Shown one piece after another: positions 48,161 to 60,612 of a stretch of 64,000 nucleotides of DNA. Where the stretch lies: the NCBI GenBank assembly GCA_002269645.1, contig NIVC01002179.1:62001-126000 (forward strand), given 5' to 3'. The notes beneath the pieces were generated by a model that was given only the letters and a program-made list of their open reading frames with translations, was not told the DNA's origin and did no database searches. The position numbers were made by a program, and so were the translations under genes. Every line of letters starts with the position of its first letter. Within the stretch, counting starts at the first letter, position 1. Source of the DNA: Macrostomum lignano. Lineage: Eukaryota.

Positions 48161-48764
48161 GCAAGAATCAGGAAGCAAATCCCACTGACCCAAAAAAGCA
48201 CCGGATGCGCTGCCTGATTTTTGCAACCGGCTCATAAAAACCGTCTTTTCCAATCCACCCTTGCCTGCAGGCTGCACCACCAACATGACAGTTTATAGTT
48301 TAATAATAAAATTTTATAGCCTGTTTATTATTATGAAAATCGATTAATTCGTTTTTCAAACTCACCGCCAGTTCTGAGCCGGTCTTCTGAATCTCCTTTC
48401 AAAAGCGGAAAGAATGCAGAAATTTTTGAGTTACAAAACCAGCCTCTGTCGAGTTTCCTAAATAAAAGCAAGAAAACTCAACCAAAATGTTTTGAGTTTT
48501 AAAAGCCGAGCGAGACGGGGGATTTGAGCGGGAGCCAATGGGAGACGAGCCGGGAGGGCGAGAGGTGGGGATCCGAGAGGGACAGGACAGGGCGAGGGCT
48601 CTGCTCCCTGGTCTCATAGTGAGTCGGGGGGATTTCGGTGGCCGAGAGAACTCAACTGATCCCTAGCAGTCAGTCACGAGATTTTTTGGCGATTTCAGCT
48701 CGACCGCAAATTCTGGTAGTGCGCTACCTTGTACCTGTATCCTCCCCCTGAATTGTACATGATC

Positions 48765-49510
48765 CGCCCCTAATAAGCATCATCCCCCCCCCTAATAAGC
48801 ATCATCCGCCCCCTAATAAGCATCGTCCCCCCCCCCTAATAAGCATCATCCGTCCATAATAAACATCATCCGCCCCTAATAAGCATCGTCCGCCCTCACT
48901 AAAAGCATCATCCGCCCCCTAATAAGCATCATCCGCCCCTAATCAGCATCATCCGCCCCTAATCAGCATCATCCGCCCCTAATAAGCATCATCCGCCCCC
49001 TAATAAGCATCATCCGCCCCCTAATAAACATTATCCGCCCCCTAATAAGCATCATCCGTCCCCTAATAAGCATCATCCGCCCCCTAATAAGCATCATCCG
49101 CCCCCTAATAAGCATCATCCGCCCCCTAATAAGCATCATCCGCCCCCTAATAAGCATCATCCGCCCCCTAATAAGCATCATCCGCCCCCTAATAAGCATC
49201 GTTCGCCCTCACTAAAAGCATCATCCGCCCCCGTCCGCCCTCAATAAAAGCATCATCCGCCCCCATCCGCCCTCAATAAAAGCATCATCCGCCCCCATCC
49301 GCCCTCCCTAAAAGCATCATCCGCCCCCATCCGCCCTCACTAAAAGCATCATCCGCCCCATCCGCCCCCTAATAAGCATCATCCACCCCCTAAAAGCATC
49401 ATCCGCCCCCTAATAAGCATCATCCACCCCTAATAAGCATCGTCCGCCCTCACTAAAAGCATCATCCACCCCCATCCGCCCTCACTAAAAGCATTATCCG
49501 CCCCATCCGC
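48765..49510. repeat. 21-bp minisatellite (AATAAGCATCATCCGCCCCCT)
   Basis: Direct reading. Confidence 0.95.
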
Positions 49511-50029
49511 CCCAGTGTCCAGTCACCAGCCGCCGCCCTTCCAGGTGGCAGCAACTCATTCCTCAGCAACCCCGAGTGTTTCAGTTTTGCCATCAATATC
49601 ACCATTCGCAACCGGCGGAACGGAGGCAAAAAAATACTTTGAAGTGGCTCCCCGCCGTGTTTCTCGTGTTTGAACTGAAGAAATTGCTTTTGCTTGATTT
49701 TTTTTGTTTCACACCTTCTGGCCTAGAAGTCTCCCGCAGAGTCCGTCTCTTATCATTTTGTTATATTGATCCTGCATTAATTATTCCCATTGTTAGAAAT
49801 GAAAGCCGAAATTTCGGGCTCTTCAAAACGAGGGATATTTCCTTAAGATTGGGGTTAGCATTTAAATATGTTTGCTTAAAGGAGCGTGTTTTGATGCATA
49901 AGTAGCGAATTTTTTCTTCTTTAAAGGAACTTTAGAAACGAAACTCACCTCACCTGAGCTTCTGCACTTTACGTTCAGCGTCAAGTGGAGTGTCAGACTA
50001 GCGGCACTAACTAACATAAGTGTCAGATG

Positions 50030-50912
50030 AGTGTCAGGTCAGTGTCAGATGAATGTCAGATGAATGTCAGATGAATGTCAGATGAGGTTCAGATGAGTGT
50101 TATATGAGTATCGGATGAGTGTCAGAAAAGCGCCAAGATGAGTGTCAGAAAAGCGCCAAGATGAGTGTCAGAAAAGCGCCAAGATGAGTGTCAGAAAAGC
50201 GCCAAGATGAGTGTCAGAAAAGCGCCAAGATGAGTGTCAGAAAAGCGCCAAGATGAGTGTCAGAAAAGCGCCAAGATGAGTGTCAGAAAAGCGCCAAGAT
50301 GAGTGTCAGAAAAGCGCCAAGATGAGTGTCAGAAAAGCGCCAAGATGAGTGTCAGAAAAGCGCCAAGATGAGTGTCAGAAAAGCGCCAAGATGAGTGTCA
50401 GAAAAGCGCCAAGATGAGTGTCAGAAAAGCGCCAAGATGAGTGTCAGAAAAGCGCCAAGATGAGCGTCAGAAAAGCGCCAAGATGAGTGTCAGAAAAGCG
50501 CCAAGATGAGTGTCAGAAAAGCGCCAAGATGAGTGTCAGAAAAGCGCCAAGATGAGCGTCAGAAAAGCGCCAAGATGAGTGTCAGAAAAGCGCAAAGATG
50601 AGTGTCAGAAAAGCGCCAAGATGAGCGTCAGAAAAGCGCCAAGATGACTGTCAGAAAAGCGCCAAGATGAGTGTCAGAAAAGCGCCAAGATGAGTGTCAG
50701 AAAAGCGCCAAGATGAGCGTCAGAAAAGCGCCAAGATGAGTGTCAGAAAAGCGCCAAGATGAGTGTCAGAAAAGCGCAAAGATGAGTGTCAGAAAAGCGC
50801 CAAGATGAGTGTTTCAAAAAGGTATCAGACTGTCACCGAGAGTGTCAGGAGAGGGTCAGGTGAGTGTCAGGAGAGGGTCAGGTGAGTGTCAGGAGAGGGT
50901 CAGGTGAGTGTC
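50030..50912. repeat. 23-bp minisatellite (GATGAGTGTCAGAAAAGCGCCAA), with related 10-bp and 22-bp arrays at its edges
   Basis: About 30 near-perfect units at 50115-50812. Confidence 0.97.
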
Positions 50913-51384
50913 AGACAGACTAAGTTTCCTCCAAACTGTTTCTGAATTTCCAAGCGGGAACTTCAATTCTGACTGGCCAAACGGTACAGGAAATCCCCCA
51001 TCTCATATTGTCGATTGGCAATAGGAAACTCGCTCACCATCAAACGCGTGTTGTTGTCAAGACAACTGGAGGGAAAATTCCAAGCATCCGTCGTATTCTC
51101 ATGACAATTGAGCATCTCTGTGTTCTTTGTTTAGGTCGGGGTTGCGCCAGGTATTGTCTTCTCGATTTCAAAGGCAACCGCCCGGCGCTCGGAGCCTCAA
51201 TTCAAGGATTAGGATTTGTTCCTGTCGGCTGTTGAATGGGGTGGAGCTTTTGTTGCTGAACTATGTTCGAAACTGAATACTTGTGTAATGGGAAGATTTG
51301 AATGAAAGCTTTGTCTTCAATGTTCCTAAAATATCTCTTGCTTTCGGGCGCTTTGCTTTAGATTCCTTTGCGTGTTTTCACAGG

Positions 51385-52135
51385 CGATTGGCTGAGCCAG
51401 ACTCAATCTTATCAATAGTACACACGTGACCGCCTGTGATTGGTTGATCCAGACCCAATCTTGTCAGTAGTACACACATGGCGGTCTGTGATTGGCTGAG
51501 CCAGACCCAATCTTAGCAGTAGTACACACGTGGCGGTCTGTGATTGGCTGAGCCAGACCCAATCTTAGCAGTAGTACACACGTGGCGGCCTCTGATTGGC
51601 TGAGCCAGACCCAATCTTGTCAGTAGTACACACGTGGCGGTCTGTGATTGGCTGAGCCAGACCCAATCTTGTCAGTAGCACACACATGGCGGTCTGTGAT
51701 TGGCTGAGCCAGACCCAATCTTAGCAGTAGTACACACGTGGCGGCCTCTGATTGGCTGAGCCAGACCCAATCTTGTCAGTAGTACACACATGGCGGTCTG
51801 TGATTGGCTGAGCCAGACCCAATCTTGTCAGTAGTACACACTTGGCGGTCTCTGATTGGCTGAGCCAGACCCAATCTTGTCAGTAGTACACACTTGGCGG
51901 TCTCTGATTGGCTGAGCCAGACCCAATCTTAGCAGTAGTACACACGTGGCGGTCTGTGATTGGCTGAGCCAGACCCAATCTTAGCAGTAGTACACACATG
52001 GCGGTCTCTGATTGGCTGATCCAGACCCAATCTTGTCAGTAGTACACACATGGCGGTCTCTGATTGGCTGAGCCAGACCCAATCTTAGCAGTAGTACACA
52101 CATGGCGGTCTGTGATTGGCTGAGCCAGACTCAGT
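51385..52135. repeat. 52-bp minisatellite containing CCAAT boxes, CACGTG and ERSE motifs
   Basis: GATTGG recurs every 52 bp (e.g. 51490, 51542), 15 units. Confidence 0.97.
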
Positions 52136-52865
52136 CTTATCAGTACACATGACAAGATACATAGAAGCAATCTTATCGATTTTATCTCAAAATCGATTTT
52201 TACCTGAGATACGTACATGTAGATAACAATTAGCCGCGCATCTGAGATGTACACATTCAACCTGTCATTTTCGGCTCTTTAACAAATTACGGGTACTGCA
52301 TTTGCAACTAAAAAGAGTCCCGACTCCCGGTTACTATGGCCAAGAGGCGCTGTCTGTCGGCAGCAGAAAAAAATGAAAGAATGAGAGAAGCTGCGGCGCC
52401 TACAGAAAGAAGCCGGCAAGGCTGCTTGGGGCTTTTAGAAGCAGCAACAGCAGCAGAAGATCAAACACATCTATCGCCAGACTCTGTGAAGCATTACAAG
52501 AGAGGAGCCGGGGGGTTTTTAGAAACTGCTGAGCACAATTGATGGGAACTGGTACTAGGTGCAGAATTTCAGAGAATAGTCAATTGTCAAATTCCTACCT
52601 GTATGGGGATTTCTCCTGCCTGGAGCAGGCTTCCAATCTAGATATTTACTAGCTACTAATAGAGATAGTGGGCTCTGCCAATCTCTTTCTCAAATCCCTA
52701 CAGACTTGCTTTTGTCTGTTAATGCTTTTTCACAGATTTTTTTCACCAAATTTCAAATTAACAATTCAAGTGACACTTTTTATTAATAAATTAGTAGTTA
52801 ATCGGTTAATGGAAAATTTTTCGCCTATTCATCAGTTTTCAAATTGTGCTACTTATTTTTGCTCA

Positions 52866-55800
52866 GTCTCTCAGTTGTGTCTGCTGTCTGTCTCTCAGTT
52901 GTGTCTGCTGTCTGTCTCTCAGTTGTGTCTGCTGTCTGTATCTCAGTTGTGTCTGCTGTCAGTCTCTCAGTTGTGTCTGTTGTCTATCTCAGTTGTGTCT
53001 GCTGTCTGTCTCTCAGTTGTGTCTGCTGTCAGTCTCTCAGTTGTGTCTGCTGTCTGTCTCAGTTGTGTCTGCTGTCTGTCTCTCAGTTGTGTCTGCTGTC
53101 AGTCTCTCAGTTGTGTCTGTTGTCTATCTCAGTTGTGTCTGCTGTCTGTCTCTCAGTTGTGTCTGCTGTCAGTCTCTCAGTTGTGTCTGTTGTCTATCTC
53201 AGTTGTGTCTGCTGTCAGTCTCTCAGTTGTGTCTGTTGTCTATCTCAGTTGTGTCTGCTGTCTGTCTCTCAGTTGTGTCTGCTGTCAGTTTCTCAGTTGT
53301 GTCTGCTGTCAGTCTCTCAGTTGTGTCTGTTGTCTGTCTCTCAGTTGTGTCTGCTGTCTGTCTCTCAGTTGTGTCTGCTGTCAGTCTCTCAGTTGTGTCT
53401 GTTGTCTGTCTCTCAGTTGTGTCTGCTGTCAGTCTCTCAGTTGTGTCTGCTGTCAGTCTCTCAGTTGTGTCTGCTGTCAGTCTCTCAGTTGTGTCTGCTG
53501 TCTGTCTCAGTTGTGTCTGCTGTCTGTCTCTCAGTTGTGTCTGCTGTCAGTCTCTCAGTTGTGTCTGTTGTCTATCTCAGTTGTGTCTGCTGTCTGTATC
53601 TCAGTTGTGTCTGCTGTCTGTCTCTCAGTTTTGTCTGCTGTCTCTCTCTCAGTTGTGTCTGCTGTCTGTCTCTCAGTTTTGTCTGCTGTCTGTCTCTCAG
53701 TTTTGTCTGCTGTCTCTCAGTTGTGTCTGCTGTCAGTCTCTCAGTTGTGTCTGCTGTCAGTCTCTCAGTTGTGTCTGCTGTCAGTCTCTCAGTTGTGTCT
53801 GCTGTCAGTCTCTCAGTTGTGTCTGTTGTCTGTCTCTCAGTTGTGTCTGCTGTCAGTTTCTCAGTTGTGTCTGCTGTCGGTCTCTCAGTTGTGTCTGCTG
53901 TCAGTTTCTCAGTTGTGTCTGTTGTCGGTCTCTCAGTTGTGTCTGCTGTCTGTCTCTCAGTTGTGTCTGCTGTCAGTCTCTCAGTTGTGTCTGCTGTCGG
54001 TCTCTCAGTTGTGTCTGCTGTCTGTCTATCAGTTGTGTCTGCTGTCAGTCTCTCAGTTGTGTCTGCTGTCTGTCTCTCAGTTGTGTCTGCTGTCTGTCTC
54101 TCAGTTGTGTCTGCTGTCTGTATCTCAGTTGTGTCTGCTGTCAGTCTCTCAGTTGTGTCTGTTGTCTATCTCAGTTGTGTCTGCTGTCTGTCTCTCAGTT
54201 GTGTCTGCTGTCAGTCTCTCAGTTGTGTCTGCTGTCTGTCTCAGTTGTGTCTGCTGTCTGTCTCTCAGTTGTGTCTGCTGTCAGTCTCTCAGTTGTGTCT
54301 GTTGTCTATCTCAGTTGTGTCTGCTGTCAGTTTCTCAGTTGTGTCTGCTGTCAGTCTCTCAGTTGTGTCTGTTGTCTATCTCAGTTGTGTCTGCTGTCAG
54401 TCTCTCAGTTGTGTCTGTTGTCTATCTCAGTTGTGTCTGCTGTCTGTCTCTCAGTTGTGTCTGCTGTCAGTTTCTCAGTTGTGTCTGCTGTCAGTCTCTC
54501 AGTTGTGTCTGTTGTCTGTCTCTCAGTTGTGTCTGCTGTCTGTCTCTCAGTTGTGTCTGCTGTCAGTCTCTCAGTTGTGTCTGTTGTCTGTCTCTCAGTT
54601 GTGTCTGCTGTCAGTCTCTCAGTTGTGTCTGCTGTCAGTCTCTCAGTTGTGTCTGCTGTCAGTCTCTCAGTTGTGTCTGCTGTCTGTCTCAGTTGTGTCT
54701 GCTGTCTGTCTCTCAGTTGTGTCTGCTGTCAGTCTCTCAGTTGTGTCTGTTGTCTATCTCAGTTGTGTCTGCTGTCTGTATCTCAGTTGTGTCTGCTGTC
54801 TGTCTCTCAGTTTTGTCTGCTGTCTCTCTCTCAGTTGTGTCTGCTGTCTGTCTCTCAGTTTTGTCTGCTGTCTGTCTCTCAGTTTTGTCTGCTGTCTCTC
54901 AGTTGTGTCTGCTGTCAGTCTCTCAGTTGTGTCTGCTGTCAGTCTCTCAGTTGTGTCTGCTGTCAGTCTCTCAGTTGTGTCTGCTGTCAGTCTCTCAGTT
55001 GTGTCTGTTGTCTGTCTCTCAGTTGTGTCTGCTGTCAGTTTCTCAGTTGTGTCTGCTGTCGGTCTCTCAGTTGTGTCTGCTGTCAGTTTCTCAGTTGTGT
55101 CTGTTGTCGGTCTCTCAGTTGTGTCTGCTGTCTGTCTCTCAGTTGTGTCTGCTGTCAGTCTCTCAGTTGTGTCTGCTGTCGGTCTCTCAGTTGTGTCTGC
55201 TGTCTGTCTATCAGTTGTGTCTGCTGTCAGTCTCTCAGTTGTGTCTGCTGTCAGTCTCTCAGTTGTGTCTGCTGTCTCTCAGTTGTGTCTGCTGTATCTC
55301 AGTTGTGTCTGCTGTCTGTCTCTCAGTTTTGTCTGCTGTCTCTCAGTTGTGTCTGCTGTCTCTCTCTCAGTTGTGTCTGCTGTCTGTCTCTCAGTTTTGT
55401 CTGCTGTCTCTCAGTTGTGTCTGCTGTCAGTCTCTCAGTTGTGTCTGCTGTCGGTCTCTCAGTTGTGTCTGCTGTCAGTTTCTCAGTTGTGTCTGTTGTC
55501 GGTCTCTCAGTTGTGTCTGCTGTCTGTCTCTCAGTTGTGTCTGCTGTCAGTCTCTCAGTTGTGTCTGCTGTCGGTCTCTCAGTTGTGTCTGCTGTCTGTC
55601 TATCAGTTGTGTCTGCTGTCAGTCTCTCAGTTGTGTCTGCTGTCTGTCTCTCAGTTGTGTCTGCTGTCTGTCTCTCAGTTGTGTCTGCTGTCTGTATCTC
55701 AGTTGTGTCTGCTGTCAGTCTCTCAGTTGTGTCTGTTGTCTATCTCAGTTGTGTCTGCTGTCTGTCTCTCAGTTGTGTCTGCTGTCAGTCTCTCAGTTGT

Positions 55801-57066
55801 GTCTGCTGTCTGTCTCAGTTGTGTCTGCTGTCTGTCTCTCAGTTGTGTCTGCTGTCAGTCTCTCAGTTGTGTCTGTTGTCTATCTCAGTTGTGTCTGCTG
55901 TCAGTTTCTCAGTTGTGTCTGCTGTCAGTCTCTCAGTTGTGTCTGTTGTCTATCTCAGTTGTGTCTGCTGTCAGTCTCTCAGTTGTGTCTGTTGTCTATC
56001 TCAGTTGTGTCTGCTGTCTGTCTCTCAGTTGTGTCTGCTGTCAGTTTCTCAGTTGTGTCTGCTGTCAGTCTCTCAGTTGTGTCTGTTGTCTGTCTCTCAG
56101 TTGTGTCTGCTGTCTGTCTCTCAGTTGTGTCTGCTGTCAGTCTCTCAGTTGTGTCTGTTGTCTGTCTCTCAGTTGTGTCTGCTGTCAGTCTCTCAGTTGT
56201 GTCTGCTGTCAGTCTCTCAGTTGTGTCTGCTGTCAGTCTCTCAGTTGTGTCTGCTGTCTGTCTCAGTTGTGTCTGCTGTCTGTCTCTCAGTTGTGTCTGC
56301 TGTCAGTCTCTCAGTTGTGTCTGTTGTCTATCTCAGTTGTGTCTGCTGTCTGTATCTCAGTTGTGTCTGCTGTCTGTCTCTCAGTTTTGTCTGCTGTCTC
56401 TCTCTCAGTTGTGTCTGCTGTCTGTCTCTCAGTTTTGTCTGCTGTCTGTCTCTCAGTTTTGTCTGCTGTCTCTCAGTTGTGTCTGCTGTCAGTCTCTCAG
56501 TTGTGTCTGCTGTCAGTCTCTCAGTTGTGTCTGCTGTCAGTCTCTCAGTTGTGTCTGCTGTCAGTCTCTCAGTTGTGTCTGTTGTCTGTCTCTCAGTTGT
56601 GTCTGCTGTCAGTTTCTCAGTTGTGTCTGCTGTCGGTCTCTCAGTTGTGTCTGCTGTCAGTTTCTCAGTTGTGTCTGTTGTCGGTCTCTCAGTTGTGTCT
56701 GCTGTCTGTCTCTCAGTTGTGTCTGCTGTCAGTCTCTCAGTTGTGTCTGCTGTCGGTCTCTCAGTTGTGTCTGCTGTCTGTCTATCAGTTGTGTCTGCTG
56801 TCAGTCTCTCAGTTGTGTCTGCTGTCAGTCTCTCAGTTGTGTCTGCTGTCTCTCAGTTGTGTCTGCTGTATCTCAGTTGTGTCTGCTGTCTGTCTCTCAG
56901 TTTTGTCTGCTGTCTCTCAGTTGTGTCTGCTGTCTCTCTCTCAGTTGTGTCTGCTGTCTGTCTCTCAGTTTTGTCTGCTGTCTCTCAGTTGTGTCTGCTG
57001 TCAGTCTCTCAGTTGTGTCTGCTGTCAGTCTCTCAGTTGTGTCTGCTGTCTCTCAGTTGTGTCTGT
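52866..57066. repeat. 24-bp minisatellite (CTCAGTTGTGTCTGCTGTC[A/T]GTCT) with a 1182-bp higher-order repeat, 4.2 kb
   Basis: Explains the 1400-1500-aa ORFs; diagnostic variants recur at 1182-bp spacing. Confidence 0.98.
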
Positions 57067-57381
57067 TAATGACTCAAGCCACGCAGTCAATCAAAAGTCA
57101 GTCCTTCTCTCGCATATTCTCAATTCGTCCCAACAGCTCAGTACTAATGCCTACAGAGCTGAGCTCACTCACATTCTCGACACCCGTGTCAGAGAACTGA
57201 AGCGGAACAGACTGATTGGCCGCGGTGCTCGCCTGACTGACCTTCAACTGGAAGATTCCTGCGTCCTCTTTGACACCGATATGTGTGGGTGTCAGATTTC
57301 AAACCCTTTCATATTAACCGGTTGTCACGGAAGAATTGACAATTAATATATTACTCGCCCAGCTTTGATGTATCTTATACT

Positions 57382-58843
57382 CTCCGATACTTCGGGTAGT
57401 CTATACCTCCGATACTTCAGGCAGTCTATACCTCCGATACTTCAGGTAGTCTATACCTCCGATACTTCAGGCAGTCTATACCTCCGATACTTCAGGTAGT
57501 CTATACCTCCGGTACTTCAGGCAGTCTATACCTCCGATACTTCAGGCAGTCTATACCTCCGGTACTTCAGGTAGTCTATACCTCCGATACTTCAGGCAGT
57601 CTATACCTCCGATACTTCAGGTAGTCTATACCTCCGATACTTCAGGCAGTCTATACCTCCGGTACTTCAGGTAGTCTATACCTCCGGTACTTCAGGTAGT
57701 CTATACCTCCGGGTACTTCAGGTAGTCTATACCTCCGGTACTTCAGGTAGTCTATGCCTCCGATACTTCAGGTAGTCTATACCTCCGGTACATCAGGTAG
57801 TCTATACCTCCGGTACTTCAGGTAGTCTATACCTCCGATACTTCAGGTAGTCTATACCTCCGGTACTTCAGGTAGTCTATACCTCCGGTACTTCAGGTAG
57901 TCTATACCTCCGGTACTTCAGGTAGCCTATACCTCCGATACTTCAGGCAGTCTATACCTCCGGTACTTCAGGTAGTCTATACCTCCGATACTTCAGGCAG
58001 TCTATACCTCCGATACTTCAGGTAGCCTATACCTCCGGTACTTCAGGAAGTCTATACCTCCGGTACTTCAGGTAGCCTATACCTCCGATACTTCAGGTAG
58101 TCTATACCTCCGGTACTTCAGGTAGTCTATACCTCCGGTACTTCAGGTAGTCTATACCTCCGGGTACTTCAGGTAGTCTATACCTCCGGTACTTCAGGTA
58201 GTCTATACCTCCGATACTTCAGGCAGTCTATACCTCCGGTACTTCAGGTAGTCTATACCTCCGGTACTTCAGGTAGTCTATACCTCCGGTACTTCAGGTA
58301 GTCTATACCTCCGGTACTTCAGGAAGCCTATACCTCCGATACTTCAGGTAGTCTATACCTCCGGTACTTCAGGTAGTCTATACCTCCGGTACTTTAGGTA
58401 GTCTATACCTCCGATACTTCAGGCAGTCTATACCTCCGATACTTCAGGCAGTCTATACCTCCGGTACTTCAGGTAGTCTATACCTCCGGTACTTCAGGTA
58501 GTCTATACCTCCGGGTACTTCAGGTAGTCTATACCTCCGATACTTCAGGCAGTCTATACCTCCGGGTACTTCAGGTAGTCTATACCTCCGGGTACTTCAG
58601 GTAGTCTATACCTCCGGTACTTCAGGTAGTCTATGCCTCCGGTACATCAGGTAGTCTATACCTCCGGTACATCAGGTAGTCTATACCTCCGGTACATCAG
58701 GCAGTCTATACCTCCGGTACTTCAGATAGTCTATGCCTCCGGTACTTCAGGTAGTCTATACCTCCGGTACTTCAGGTAGTCTATACCTCCGGTACTTCAG
58801 GTATTCTATACCTCCGGTACTTCAGGTAGTCTATACCTCCGAT
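57382..58843. repeat. 25-bp minisatellite (CTATACCTCCGGTACTTCAGGTAGT)
   Basis: Period 25 (57401 to 57426), about 58 units. Confidence 0.98.
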
Positions 58844-59414
58844 AGAGGTATAGAAAGAAACAAAGAAAACTAAAACTCTAAATACCTGCTTCACTGAAGC
58901 GACACAGACCGCCAGGCCTTTCATTTCTCGACCAGTTCTTTTCGGCAAGACACCTGCCGCCTACCTACACCGGAGACCGAACTGCTTTAGTCTGTGTGTT
59001 TGTCTTCCGAGATATCAATTACCCTCCAGCCTGAACCCAAGCCATTCTATCCCAGGTTTTATTGAATACAACATCGTTTCTGCCTGATTGCGTAATCGAC
59101 TGTGTATTGTAAAACAAAGACGACACAATTAGGTAGAGAAGGCATGTAGGAGAGAAAGTTTTAGAGCTTGAATTTATGGCTTTTGTTTCCTGTCTTGTTT
59201 GAATAACCGGGTCTTTTTTATTGCCTCAGTGCCAACTGCTTTAAAATTGTATTTGCGCCCTTGCTGGCAGCGTCCTGGGTGGCTTTTATTGCAACTCGAA
59301 ATTTCGGTACCGATTTTATCTCATCATCTTGGAGTTGCTTTAATTGTCCCTGCGCTCTCCAACAAGGGTCTTTGCTGTCTGAAGTGTCTATTTCAGTCGG
59401 ATACTCTATCTCTC

Positions 59415-60612
59415 CCATCCTCTCTTTCTATCTACCTCTCCCCTTCTCTCTCTACCTCTCATCTTCTCTCTACCTCTCCCCTTCTCTCTCTACCTCTCAT
59501 CTTCTCTCTCTACCTCTCATCTTCTCTCTCTGCCTCTCATCTTCTCTCTCTACCTCTCATCTTCTCTCTCTACCTCTCCTCTTCTCTCTCTACCTCTCCT
59601 CTTCTCTCTCTACCTCTCCCTTTCTCTTTCTACCTCTCCCTTTCTCTCTCTACCTCTCATCTTCTCTCTCTACCTCTCATCTTCTCTCTCTACCTCTCAT
59701 CTTCTCTCTCTACCTCTCATCTTCTCTCTCTGCCTCTCATCTTCTCTCTCTACCTCTCATCTTCTCTCTCTACCTCTCATCTTCTCTCTCTACCTCTCAT
59801 CTTCTCTCTCTACCTCTCCTCTTCTCTCTCTACCTCTCATCTTCTCTCTCTACCTCTCATCTTCTCTCTCTACCTCTCATCTTCTCTCTCTACCTCTCAT
59901 CTTCTCTCTCTGCCTCTCATCTTCTCTCTCTACCTCTCATCTTCTCTCTCTACCTCTCCTCTTCTCTCTCTACCTCTCCTCTTCTCTCTCTACCTCTCCT
60001 CTTCTCTCTCTACCTCTCCTCTTCTCTCTCTACCTCTCCCTTTCTCTTTCTACCTCTCCCTTTCTCTCTCTACCTCTCATCTTCTCTCTCTACCTCTCAT
60101 CTTCTCTCTCTACCTCTCATCTTCTCTCTCTACCTCTCATCTTCTCTCTCTGCCTCTCATCTTCTCTCTCTACCTCTCATCTTCTCTCTCTACCTCTCCT
60201 CTTCTCTCTCTACCTCTCCTCTTCTCTCTCTACCTCTCATCTTCTCTCTCTACCTCTCCTCTTCTCTCTCTACCTCTCCTCTTCTCTCTCTACCTATCCC
60301 CTTCTCCCTCTACCTCTCCCCTTCTCTCTCTACCTCTCCTCTTCTCTCTCTACCTATCCCCTTCTATCTCTACCTCTCCTCTTCTCTCTCTACCTCTCCT
60401 CTTCTCTCTCTACCTCTCCTCTTCTCTCTCTCTACCTCTCCTCTTCTCTCTCTACCTCTCTCTTTCTCTTTCTACCTCTCCCTTTCTCTCTCTACCTATC
60501 CCCTTCTCCCTTTACCTCTCCCCTTCTCTCTATACCTCTCTTCTTCTCTATCTACCTATCCCCTTCTCTCTCTACCTCTCCCCTACTCTCTCTACCTCTC
60601 CCCTTCTGTCTC
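59415..60612. repeat. 20-bp pyrimidine-rich minisatellite (CTTCTCTCTCTACCTCTC[A/C]T)
   Basis: About 58 units. Confidence 0.97.

Larger units (their letters stand above)
52336..59400 (+). mobile_element. Possible degenerate Crypton-type tyrosine-recombinase sequence in three fragments (52336-52542, 57068-57346, 59199-59400) separated by minisatellites
   Basis: Motif resemblance by eye only: LSPDSVKHYKRGAGGFL; ILDTRVRELKRN…LEDSCVLFDTDMCG; KLYLRP…GW…SNKGLC…LF (compare YL.P…W…NHSLR…LF). Confidence 0.3.

Noticed and set aside
52668-57346. Three ORFs of 1400-1500 aa
   Set aside because: They are stop-free readings of the 24-bp array in all three frames, with no coding signature.
59218-59418. Minus-strand 66-aa ORF (QLKQLQDDEIK…)
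   Set aside because: No recognisable family or splice partner. It overlaps the Crypton-like fragment C on the other strand and remains an alternative reading.
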